A program made the position numbers and the translations under genes. A stretch of DNA of 64,000 bases from Octopus sinensis (Eukaryota): contig NC_043001.1 of the NCBI RefSeq assembly GCF_006345805.1, forward strand, positions 25,172,001-25,236,000, read 5' to 3'. Under the pieces are notes generated by a model, which worked only from the letters and a program-made list of their open reading frames with translations, searched no databases and was not told the DNA's origin. Numbering within the stretch: the stretch's first letter is position 1; each line of letters opens with the position of its first letter. Positions 10,804 to 22,650 of this stretch are shown one piece after another.

Positions 10804-13298
10804 GTAAGGGATGGCCTGAAAGTTTTTTCAGTGGTTTATAGACTGTTTCCTCCCCCGTTAAATAGTGATGCAAGTGAACTAAAAGTTCATCCACGCCTCT
10901 GAAGTGTGCCGAGAAGTCGGTTGTTTTCAATATCTTTTTGCTTAGTATCAGTTTCCTATTTACATATTACACATTCTCTTTTGACATTTGCTAAATATGT
11001 GATTTCTAAAGCTGTTGAAATATAATTTCTAATCTAATTGTTTTAATTAATTAGCTTCGTTAATCGGCTGGTCTTCTCACCCTCCCCCTTCAAATATCTC
11101 TTATATTCCAAAGATTTTTTGCTTGTATTTTTTTTTTGGTTTTTGTGCTGGGGGTACATTTCTTATGTGTTTTATTCAAACATTAAATACTTTATTGCTA
11201 TTTAAAATGGCGAATTTTTAACACCTGAAACTATATTTTATAAATTGCTTATATCATTAATAAAAACTTGTTTGTGGTAGTTGTTTTTTTTTTATCCGTT
11301 TTGTTTTTGTTTCTTGGAGGTGGGGGAGTCTTTTTGTAATGCCAAGAATTTTCTTGGCATTACAATCTATAATTTAGCGTGAGTCATACTTAATGCACGT
11401 ATCAAATTTGTATTCACTTATATATATATGATGGTAGAAATAGAATTAGATGTATTAATTTTTATTACATATTCCCTTAGGGTATGGGGTAAATATCTAA
11501 GCTAATCAGTTTTACAAGAATCTAAATGATACAAATTTTCCAACCCTTTGATTCTTATTTCTAAAGTGACAACATATCTCCTTAGTCTTCGTTCCACTGT
11601 ATTCTTGTCCTTATTCTGAGCAATTAAGCAAAGTAGTTTTCATAAATCAATTTGAAAGATTGGAAAGAAATCTATTGAATGTTTGAAAAGAAGTTTATCA
11701 TTGTAACTAACATGTTGGAAACGTTGGATAATAGTATTCAGTAATATATATCACACACTGAAAAAGTGTGTATTAAATGTTGATGTATTCGTGTGTGTGT
11801 GTGTGTGTTTTATTTAGACAAGGTGTTTTTCTTACAACTATAAATAGATCAATCCGGGAGTAATTGACAATTAAATACACACCGTTGAGCAGACTTGTTT
11901 TTGAGTAGAGCATACCAGTTTCACTAATTACAATGAAAGTTTAATATCATATGTGTGTGTGTGTATAATTTTGTTTACTGGAGGATAGCTGTTCACAATG
12001 AGATATTCATTACTTCTAGGTGATCGCTGTCAGATATGGAAAATGGTGAACCCATAGATTGTTTTTGTTTTGGGGGCTTCTTTTTTTTTTGTATGTGTGT
12101 GTGTGTGAAATAACTGAAGATTAGATTTATTGATTTTCAGCTTTAAATGTTAGAAGATTGACTGAAGAACGGACATTTCTGTGGATAAAAATTGAGGAAT
12201 GAAAGCAATATTGAGAAATGTATTAGCACAGTTTCTTAAGTATGTTGGTGCTATATAAATAACAGCTGATTTGGAGCTGTACTGTTTTGGGAAAGTGCCA
12301 CTAGTTGATAGTGAGAGAGAAGAGCTCATACGTGAGGCCATGTTATAAAGAGGACATGCAGCAGAAAAATAATTTCAATAACTTGTTTATGCATTTAAAT
12401 TGCCTTTCATTATCTTCAGCAGAAATTAAGGAAACTTGTTTCATTTTAAAATCAGCTGAATGAATACAATATGTCAAGAATTTTCAGATTGAGATGTTTT
12501 TTTTTCCTAATAATCAACACCCTTAGCAATTCAGATTTTAACTCTTTGCCCCATTTTCATTAAGTCTTTTTGTATAGAGCAACAGGAATTACCATAACTT
12601 TAATGTGTTGTGTATTAGATTTGCATGTTTGTATTTTTATGGATATGTGTATGTGTGTGAGATTAGCTTCGTCTTCAAAAAAAAGGTATGTCTTCTGTCT
12701 TAATTTTACATCATAAAAACCATTGTTGCTTTTTCAAAAGAATAAATTTAAGGCAAACCTCTACTGCAACACAAACAATATCAGAATAATTCTGGGGAGG
12801 TGAAGGGCAGCTTACTAATAGTTAAAGACTTCTTGTTTCTAAATTACTGTTATTAACTCTTGAAATGTTAGGAAAATGCCAATTAAGTGATTTTAATTAT
12901 CACTACTTGGTTACTTCCCATCGAGAGCAATATAAAGAGTTTGATTATAATTTGACAACCATAACTAGCATTCTAGCAACCATAATAGCATTAGCCTATC
13001 TTATGGTCTATGAATGTCTATCTCTGAATTATATTGGTGGTTGCTATAGTAACATTGTAATGCCAACAGGCAAATTGTTTTAATTTTCAAGACCTCTCAT
13101 TTTGTCATTTTTTTTTTTTATCTATTGTTTAAATATGACTTCTGAGTACACAGTTTATTTTTAATTGACAATAGTTCTTATTTTTAGCAAAAGTAAGTGG
13201 GACATAAACATTGAAATCAAACCTGGAATTTTGTTATCCACCTCTAATAATGTGTGTATGTCAGTGCTCTGTGTGTGTGTATATATATATATATATAA

Positions 13299-13640
13299 AT
13301 CATCATCATCATCAACGTTTAACATCTGCTTTCCATGCTAGCATGGGTTGGACAATTTGACCTTAGGACTGGCGAACCAGATGGCTGCACCAGGCTCCAG
13401 TCTTGATCTGGCAGAGTTTCTACAGCTGGATGCCCTTCCTAACGCCAACCACTTCGAGAGTGTAGTTGGTGCTTTTTACGTGCCACCGGCACGAGGGCCA
13501 GTCAGGCGGTACTGGCAACGGCCATGCTCAAATGGTGCTTTTTACATGCCACCTGCACAGGAGCCAGTCCAGCAGCACTGACAATGACCTTGCTCGAATT
13601 TTTTTTCAAGTGTCACCGGCACAAGTGCCAGTAAGGCGAT
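13299..13640 (-). mobile_element. Family B RTE 3' UTR copy
   Basis: (cat)n tail at left, conserved terminus, tandem units. Confidence 0.9.
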
Positions 13641-14405
13641 GCATGTATATCATCATAGGTGAATTGGCAGTGTTGTTATAGTGCTGAATAGAATGGTTCA
13701 TGGTATTTGTCATGACTCGGCTCTCTGGCTATAAATTGCCAAGATCAACTTTACCTTCTGTCCTTTTGGGATTGATAAAAATACCAGTTAAGAGCAGTGG
13801 ATTTGCAGTATTGTTAGGGCATTAGACGGGATACCTTTTCGTTTCTGCTCTGTGAGTTATAAGTTCAGATCCCTGCCTCACCTTGTGACTGACTGATAAA
13901 TGGTGCCAGCAATTTGAAAAGCCAGTGGAATCCCAGCATCATCTTTTCTTTTTCTTTTCCTTCTTCTTAATTCTTTAACTTCATGTGGAGCATTGGATGC
14001 CAACAAGAGATCTCAATCTTTGGCAATGAATTACAGTTGTCCCCAGGTGTAGCCACCTGTCAATGCTTCAGTTTCTGTAGACATCCTCCATGTTGTTTTT
14101 GATCTACCATCCTTGCTCTTCCCTTGGTTTGGCCATTGGGGGTGGAGGGTTGCTTTGTAATGATGGGGGCAGGATTGATATATACAGTAAATATTTAGTT
14201 TGGTATTTCATATTTGTGAAATATTTAAAGCCAGCTGAGGATGACTGTACTTTTTATTCATTTGAGTTGTTTGTGTGGGAAAATACTGCAGGTTAGGGTA
14301 GGTATGGTTTGTATCGTTCTGCACAAACAACTATCACTGCCTCAAATGAATGGAAAGCAAAGTTATCCTCAGCTGGCTTCATTCAGACTCACACATATGA
14401 AATAC

Positions 14406-15302
14406 TACACTAACTATTTATTGTATATCAATCTGTCAGATTTTCCTTCATCTGCCATATTGTTCTGGATGAGATATATTTAAAATATAGAAGTTGCAAA
14501 ATATACATAGAAACTATTTTTGATCTTAATGTAGCTAATCATCATCATCATCATTTATTAATGTCCATCTTCCATGCTGGTATAGGTTGAACAGTTTCCA
14601 GTGAACCGCAGGGCTGCTTCGTGCTCCAATCTCATCTTTGTCATGGTTTCTGTAGCTGGACACCCTTCTTTTTTCATACCACTGACACTAGTGAGGTCGC
14701 CAAGTAACTCATCATCATCATCATACGTCCGTTTTCTGCGCTAGCATGGGTTGGACGGTTCAACTGGGGTCTGGGAAGCCAGAAGGCTGCACCAGGCCCA
14801 GTCTGATGTGGCAGTGTTTCTACGGCTGGATGCCCTTCCTAACGCCAACCACTCTGTGAGTGTAGTGGGTGCTTTTTACGTGCCGCCGGCACAGATGCCA
14901 GACAAGGCTGGCAAACGGCCACGATCGGATGGTGCTTTTTACGTGCCACCGGCACGGGGGCCAAGCAAGGCTTGCAACGGCCACAATCAGATGGTGCTAC
15001 ACTAACTATTTATTGTATATCAATCTGTCAGATTTTCCTTCATCAGCCATATTGTTCTGGATGAGATATATTTAAAATATAGAAGTTGCAAAACATTACA
15101 TAGAAACTATTTTTGATCTTAATGCAGCTAATCATCATCATCATCATTTATTAATGTCCATTTTCCATGCTGGTATAGGCTGAACAGTTTCCAGTGAGCT
15201 ACAGAGCTGCATCATGCTCCAATCTCATCTTTGCCATGGTTTCTGTAGCTGGACACCCTTCTTTTTTCATACCACTGACACTAGTGAGGTCGCCAAGTAA
15301 CT
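14406..15302 (+). repeat. About 300-bp direct duplication (14406-14712 and 14997-15302) flanking a family B copy
   Basis: Both copies start ctacactaactatttattgtatatcaatc and end gaggtcgccaagtaactc, with few differences. Confidence 0.9.
14712..14996 (-). mobile_element. Family B RTE 3' UTR copy
   Basis: (cat)n tail and conserved terminus. Confidence 0.9.
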
Positions 15303-15650
15303 CATCATCATCGTTTAACGTCCGTTTTCCGCGCTAGCACGGGTTGAACGGTTCGACCGGGGTCTGGGAAGCCAGGAGGCTGCACTAGGCTCCAGTCTGA
15401 TCTGGCAGTGTTTCTACAGCTGGATGCCCTTCCTAACACCAACCACTCCGCGAGTGTAGTGGGTGCTTTTTATGTGCCACTGGCACAGGTGCCAGGGGAG
15501 TCTGGCAGCGGCCTCGATCAGTTGGTGCTTTTAACGTGCCACCGACACGGAAGCCAATCAAGGCGGCACTGGCATCGGCCACGTTCGGATGGTGCATTTT
15601 ACGTGCCACTGGCATGGAAGCCAATCGAGGCGACGCTGGCATCGGCCACC
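15302..15650 (-). mobile_element. Family B RTE 3' UTR copy
   Basis: (cat)n tail, conserved terminus and three units. Confidence 0.9.
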
Positions 15651-16567
15651 CCCACCCCTAGGCCAAGTGGGGAGAGGTGGCTTTATGTTGATTGTTAGCA
15701 GGGTTAAAGTATGACAGTGGGATAAGCACAGGTGTCTTGCAATTTCTGAGTAAAAATTTCAGTGTAAGAATTACCTAAAACCAAAGTAGAAAGTACATGA
15801 GGAATTGTAAAATTGTAGTACGTTCCAATAACTATTTAGCTATAACAAATGTCATTAACCTTTTTGAATTTGTAAGAATTTAAATCATTGATTCACAAAC
15901 TGCATCTTGTAATAAACACCATCTCATAATGTTATCTCATTCATTATTTCCTACCATTACTCTCAGTAAGACTACCGTAACCATTCTATTACTAAATAGC
16001 TGGTAATATGAAATTAAATTATAAATTGCCCATGTTGATACTTTTATTTTAACATAATCATCAATAAATAAAATTTAAAGCTAGGATGAGAAGAAAATGA
16101 ATGTTCTGTAATGGTATATGATCATTGTAAAAATGTATCTCCAATTTTTATGACGTGAATGATTATACTCTAAAACTAGTTTATTTTTTGGGCATTATCC
16201 CAAAGAATTTCATGCCAAAATATATTACCATATGCTCACAACCATTTCATAAAGCACATTGGAAAGAGCCATTTGTAATTATTGAGAATAAACCCTATTT
16301 GAATGGTTATGTTTACATACAATGCATAGTAAAGCAAAAAGCGGATCCAAACCTCCTGGCCAATTCTCCCACCTTTTCTCAGACATCCAAGGACTTCTCT
16401 CCACCTAGATTCCATATATCACCACTTACACAACCACACATATCCTATTTCTTTCTAAGACACAAATTTCATGACCCCAGTTTACAACTCATCTCAACAG
16501 TCCAGGATAAACTCTTACTCAAATTTCACCCCAAAAGGCAGTAGCTACACATGTACAGGCTCCATTT

Positions 16568-16961
16568 GGATCTTTTCGGTTTGAACAGCAGTTTTTTCTA
16601 GCGGTGTCATATGAAATTGTCACCCATAGTTATGACCCTATTGCATTTCAATCTCTTTCAGGGTTGGGGAAAGGGTATCTTTTTTGCTTCACAAATGTAA
16701 ATAAACCCAATCTGTTTCTTAATCGAGGGACATATTCATACGGCACAGAATGCTTTTTAACTCAATAGACATCACTGATTGGTTGAAATTGCAGAAATTG
16801 AAGAAAAAACAACAACAAATATCTTACAAACTATAGAATTTTCCCAATAAAGCCAAGAGAAAAAGATGTTTTATAAACACATTCTACCAGTATACGAAGT
16901 TTAAAATTTTTTAGTTACCTAGAAATTATGTTAAAAACTGCCGTTGAAACCGAAAAGATCC
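16568..16961 (+). mobile_element. MITE with about 29-bp TIR GGATCTTTTCGGTTTGAACGGCAGTTTTT
   Basis: TIRs at both ends. Flanks gctccattt / gctccattc. Further copies at 30755 and 50710. Confidence 0.92.
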
Positions 16962-18590
16962 GCTCCATTCTTCCTATCTCTCACCTTTCTCACCTGTATT
17001 TCAACAGTAAACAACTTCCAGTTACTCTGGCTCAAAATCTCCTTCATTTTCCTAACTACATCTTCCTCTATCATTCTCTGAACTCCTTGAACCATCTTCT
17101 ACTCGACTACATCTCCTCCTACATTGTGAACATCTATCTCAGCTTTCCTTTATCCAAAGTTATCATCTTCAATGACTTCAGTGCTCACAACTCCTCATGG
17201 CTCTCACACCTTATCATCCCACACCTTCTGACCTATTTGCTTTTCTCAACTCTTTGCACCAACTTATTTCATTCCCTACTTACATTCCAGACTGATACAC
17301 TGACATCCCAAATGCTGTTAATCTCTTTCTGTCCTCAAAACCTAACCTCTACTAACCTATGACTGTCTAGGCATCTATCAAGTCCTCTGATCACTGCCTC
17401 ATCACAACTACCTAATACACAGTCACATACATCAGTGTCCTTCCCCATCAAGTTTTAAATTTAACACTCTAAGTTAGATAACTAGTTGAGCTTCCACTAG
17501 TTTTATGCCACTTATACTCAGCAGCACTTATGCTTTACTCCAGACCCATCAAAAACAGTTATAGTGGATGACTGAAACCATCCTTTTAGATATGTCCCTC
17601 CACATTCAACACAGCAAAATCTGAATGTGTTAGATACCCCATACAATTTACTCATAACTTCATTGCAGCTGTTCGGGTAAAAAACAAGGCCAATAATACT
17701 TGGAGAATCTCATCTACTCCCTAAAAGTATGTGATGATCACCTATTTGTGCAACTCTTATAATAGTGTGCAAAAGGTGCGTTTGTGTATCACAAGGGCTT
17801 CAAGCTTTCGTGTCTCCCAAACCGCAGCAATCCTCGTCTTTTCAAAAGAATCTCCAACTTTATGGAGTTTTCTTTTTGTCTTCTAAGTGAAGTCTCCCTC
17901 CATAGAGAAAGCCTTCCACCTTCACTGCATGCTTTGCATCCAACTTTACCTACACACCTTTGGCCAATCCCCTCCTTATCTACCCCATTCCACTCCACCA
18001 GGCTCCCCACCCTACTTGCAGATATACTAAGTGCAGAAATATTGTCAACTGCTTCAAACAACACAAATATCAGCTCTGACAATGTTACTTCTATTACACT
18101 CAAACATTGCACCCCAGGACTTGCTCTTGTATTCATCAAACTCTTTGCTCTCAAGTTTTTTCAGGGTTATGCTGTAACACTCGGAAACACACTTCAGTGT
18201 GTCCCATTCCAAAGAAAAGCAACTCCCCTCAACTAGTCCCTATCATTCTCTTGCTCTCATTTCTAACATCTTTAACATAATGAAGACAGCCATTAACAAT
18301 GACATTCTCTAATGCCATGAAACTATCACTCTCTCCTTAGTGACTACCAGTGCAGCTTCTGCAGAGTTGGATACACTAGAGACCTTCTTTTACATCACTT
18401 GTCAGTGGGTTCTTGCTTTACAGAAGGGACTGCTGTATATATCAACTGAACCATTGAGCATGTCTGACATTCCAATCAATCAAATTTTAACACTTACAAA
18501 TTACACTTATCTCTCATCCCTTAGGTCAGTAGCTTCCTATCAGATAGCACTATTGCAGTATGCATTGATAGTGCTTTCTGCTTTACACAA
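16962..18590 (+). mobile_element. Decayed CR1/Jockey-group LINE (APE endonuclease to start of RT)
   Basis: KVIIFNDFSAHNSSWL resembles the APE IIxGDFNAHxxxW motif. SDNVTSITLKHCTPGLALVFIKLF resembles GPDxIxxxxLKxCxxxLxxxLxxLF upstream of RT. Heavily disrupted. Confidence 0.7.
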
Positions 18591-18870
18591 TAAGTTTCCT
18601 ATAAGATTATTCCATGAATCTACTTTCCAGTTTTGATGACTGCTTCAGTGCTGGACCAGAAGCATTAACATGCTTGCACTAAATGGTCCTTATTCATTTC
18701 AGGCATCAACTGGACAATAGCAGCCATCAGTGAAGGTATGGTAGTGTAAGAATGTCAATCGGTCTCCTTTTCAACAACACTCTAAACATAGTAGTCCATG
18801 GGATTTAAATTTGGTGAATTAGCAGGCCACAAGTTTGGTATTACATGATCACAATGTAATTTGTGATGAT
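18590..18870 (-). mobile_element. Tc1/mariner (maT-like) transposase C-terminal fragment
   Basis: Minus strand reads LWPANSPNLNPMDYYV*SVVEKET...SLMAAIV...EAVIKTG, a WPxxSPDLNPxD-type motif. Confidence 0.7.
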
Positions 18871-19395
18871 TTGGATGGAATTTGTAGAAGTATATTTTCT
18901 ACAGCTGGATGCCTTTCCTGTTGCCAACCTGGAACCATGTGATTGGGAAGAAAACTTCCTACCTCATTACTACACCTGCATTTATATATATAAAGTAGAG
19001 CAGTAGATAGGACTCTGGTATCTTCAAGGAATAGCCTGGCTCAGTATGCAGGAGAGCAGCAAGTACAAACTCCATACACGGTACTGAATGCAAACTATAG
19101 ACAAAGGAGAGTTATAGTGGAATTACTGACAGACTAACAGAGAAAGTAAGCCTCATATGTAACAGATGCTTCTGTACAGAACATACTGGAAATAAATTCT
19201 CTTAAATGCTCTGATGGCTCACTAGAAGTAGCCGATAGCTTTTGTTACCTGGGAGATGTAACTAGCAGGGGAAGTAATGACTCCAAAAGTATAGTAGCCA
19301 GGGTAAAAACTGATTGAAAAAAGTTCAAAGAGCTTCTACTGGTAACAAAGGTTTTTTTCCCCTCAAAGTGAAGGGAAAATTGTATGACACTTATT

Positions 19396-19411
19396 GTATT
19401 GCTTCGGCAAT

Positions 19412-19451
<40 letters not shown>

Positions 19452-19502
19452 GGCCCCCTGCGCAAGGATGACATGCAAATTCGTGAAGCGTTCCATATTT
19501 TT
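19396..19502 (+). pseudogene. U6: Full-length U6 snRNA retrocopy (107 nt)
   Basis: GTATTGCTTCGGCAATACATATACTAAAATTGGAACGATACAGAGAAGATTAGCATGGCCCCCTGCGCAAGGATGACATGCAAATTCGTGAAGCGTTCCATATTTTT. ACAGAGA box and AGC triad intact. One extra C and one CpG-type change versus the vertebrate U6 as remembered. Upstream flank is LINE ORF, so no Pol III promoter. Confidence 0.96.
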
Positions 19503-19781
19503 CGAGCGAGGTCATCACCAGTGCCGCTGGACTGGCTCCTGTGCAGGTGGTACGTAAAAAGCACCATTTGGGTGTGGCCGTTGCCTGTACCACCAAACTG
19601 GCCCTCATGCCTGTGGCACATAAAATCACCCACTACACTCTCAGAGTGGTTGGCATTAGGAAGGGCATCCAGCTGTAGAAACTCTGCCTGATCAGATTGG
19701 AGTCTGGTTTGCCAGACCTCAATCAAATCGTCCAACCCATGCTAGCATGGAAAGCGGACATTAAATGATGATCATCATGAT
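19503..19781 (+). mobile_element. Family B RTE 3' UTR directly fused to U6
   Basis: Continues cgagcgaggtc..., matching 26480 onward, to the conserved terminus and (atg)n tail. Confidence 0.93.
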
Positions 19782-20428
19782 GTTAGAACTGTGGTGCTAC
19801 ATGGTAGTGAGACATGGGCCTTGAATGTAGAGGACTTGAAATGACTAGAAATAAAAGAAGCTAGCATGATCCTTTGGATGTGCAAATGTGTTGTGTAAAA
19901 TTGGGCATGAGAGAAATCAGATGTAGTACACAAGAAAGACTGATATGGACATGTGATTCATATGTAATTAGTTGTGAACAGAACTGCATACTTCACCAGC
20001 TTTTGCCTGAAATCACTAATCTTTCTCTCTACCCAGAACCATACACTCTTCCAATCTTTACCCACCCACACTTTCCATTCTCCTCTTCCCATTTACTTCC
20101 GCTCACCTTGTATCTTATTTGTCTACCCTGACATTTCCACTATTTTCACCTCTTTCCAACTCTACCTCAGCCACTCCCACCCTCTCTTCTGTCATGTGAG
20201 TAACCATGTACATACACTACAGCAAGAAACCTGTTTCATTCTGGACCCTTCTCTCACACTGTAACCCTTCATCTCACTGCATAAAGCTGCCTCTCTCTCT
20301 ACTGTAGTCCTACTCAGTGAAAGGGGATCATTGTCTTGTGAGCTATATGGTTACCTCAGTAGTGCTGGTACCATGAAAAAAGCACCCAGTAAAGGGATTA
20401 ATATTAAGAAGAGTATCCAGCTGTAGAA

Positions 20429-20595
20429 TTTTTTTTTTTTTTTGCCCACAAGGAGCTAAACATAGAGGGGACAAACAAGGACAGACAAAGGATTAAGTCA
20501 ATTATATCAACCCCAGTGCGTAACTGGTACTTAATTTATCGACCCCGAAAGGATGAAAGGCAAAGTCGACCTCGGCTGAACTCAGAACGTAAGCC
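20429..20595 (-). mobile_element. SINE family C, partial monomer with poly(A) tail
   Basis: Reverse complement of the first module of 52050-52439. T15 tract at left. Confidence 0.85.
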
Positions 20596-22650
20596 ATACC
20601 AAAGAAGACATTGGAGCAAAACACAGTTTTCCAACCTGTCGGATCTTGTCAAATCATTCAAACCTTGTCAGAATGGAAGGCAATTTCCCATTCTATCATT
20701 GTCAGTATTAAATGATGGTGATTATGGTGATGATGTTTATATGGATTGGTTTATTTTTAAAAATTCCTCTTAATGAAGAAAGAGTTGTTCATTTTGTTCT
20801 ACATCAATGTGATAGTCCTCGAGCCAGACTGTTTTGAAATCTAAGCATTTGTGTGAATTTGAGCAAATGTTTTGCCATTAGATGACATTGCTCATGTGTC
20901 TGCATGTCTCCAATTTAGCAAGGATAATAAACTCGATGTAAAAGCTAATTTTGATAAATAATTTATTTTTCCATATATTACATATCAACTTGTGAATAAA
21001 AAAAGAGTATGAAAAGATAGCCAGAGAAAACTTCACTATGCTCTCTAAATCATAACAATTCCTTTTAGTAAAACATTAACAGCCTTGCTTTATGATGGAT
21101 ATGAGAGGGGAATTCACAATGGACATGAATAGATTATTTCACTTAATAAACCTTTTATATTGAAATAATATAAGCTTCAGTCATTTCCAGAAAAAAATAA
21201 GCATCATCTAGTGACTGCCTAATGCTTTATATTAATATATTTATATCAACTGTTACAGATAGATATTGCCATTAAAAGATATTGTTCGAATCTGTTGGTA
21301 ATGGCTCACAATCATATGTGCTTACTGATAAGGGGTCTTTGTAGTTTCTTTTCCTTATCCTTTAACTGCTACTTCTCTGAATTTAACAATGATCTTTCAG
21401 GATAAATTTCTGCTCTCGTTAGTAAATATTGATCATGTTGATTGATTCTTGCTTAATTCATGGCAAATTTGCTGAAATCGGCATGTTTTATTTCCTGATA
21501 TGCTACTATATTAGCGTAGCCGTTTGAAAATCTAATTATATCATAATAACTAGAAGGTCATTGTTAAAACATTAACGTTTTTTTTATATTCTGTAGTTGT
21601 AGTGTTTGTAGAGGAGCTCAAATGAAACCACCCTCCATTGTTCATTACTCCAATGGAATATAGGAGAGTGCATTTTTCTTAGTTTCTATAAATATGACGA
21701 ACCAAGATTACCTGATTTTCAATGAAAATTATTCTAAACAATATTTACACACAAGAAACTCATTAAGTCATTTCTGTCCAGCAATACTAATAAAGACTTT
21801 GCTTTACTGAGGAGGTCTAATATGACTGAAACGTACTCAGTTGTCATGGTGCTTCCAAGATAAGGTTCACTCCCTATTGCATTGCCTATATTCTCTTTTT
21901 AACTAATGAAAATCTCAGGTGGTTCTTTTTGCTTTTCTTGACCAGAATTGACGATACAGTTATTATTTTTTTCTCTTATCACAGGTATAATTTTGATTAA
22001 AATCTCTTTTACTCTCTATATTTAATATATTATTAGTTGTATTTAGGACAATTAAGTAATTTGGCATTTGAGTTGGGGGGGCTGGTGTTGACTAAATTAA
22101 GGTCTTTATTGGAAACGGTTTGTTCCTACAATTCTAGCTTTATACTCCAGTAGATTTATGCAGAAGGTGCTTTCTATTAAGCAATATGCTAGGCTGTTCT
22201 ATCTGGAGATAGTAAAAACATACCAGACATAATAATTTCTGAATGCATTGTTGTACATTGAAGCTAAACTCAGATCCTCCATTTGATCTTTGCTTGGTAT
22301 TATATCATTTCTTTTATGCTATCAGGCACTTGAGAAAAAGCCTGAATATCATATATTCTCCTATCTCCAGCCCTATAAATCTAAAAAATTCTTCCTATAT
22401 AATATATTATTGAGAGATTTAGTTAGTATTGAGAATAATGAGTCCAACCAAGTTCTTTTTAGTGTTTACATCACTTACACATTGCCCTGAGTGAGCATAT
22501 TAAAATACTACCAAGATTTGTTAAATAATTATTAACTTAGTGGAATAAACTAGACATGCTCTACTCCTTAAAAAAAACCCTGCTTACTTGTAGCTAAGAA
22601 ATTGTCAACTTTTACCTTCGTTGTCATGCAAGGAATTAGTTTGATTCCAG

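Larger units (their letters stand above)
18990..19975 (+). mobile_element. Old RTE-like LINE ORF2 fragment, interrupted at 19396-19781 by the U6 chimera
   Basis: LEVADSFCYLGD...KVKGKLYDTY | VRTVVLHGSETWALNVEDL...EASMILWMC. The reading resumes across the insertion and is homologous to 61148-61745. Confidence 0.88.

Noticed and set aside
12140-12240. Candidate exon MKAILRNVLAQFL with donor TAA|GTATGT
   Set aside because: Phase 2, incompatible with the other donors, and no supporting homology.
19396-19502. U6 as a functional snRNA gene
   Set aside because: U6 needs an upstream PSE/TATA. The upstream flank is LINE coding sequence, and the copy has an extra C in the internal stem-loop region.
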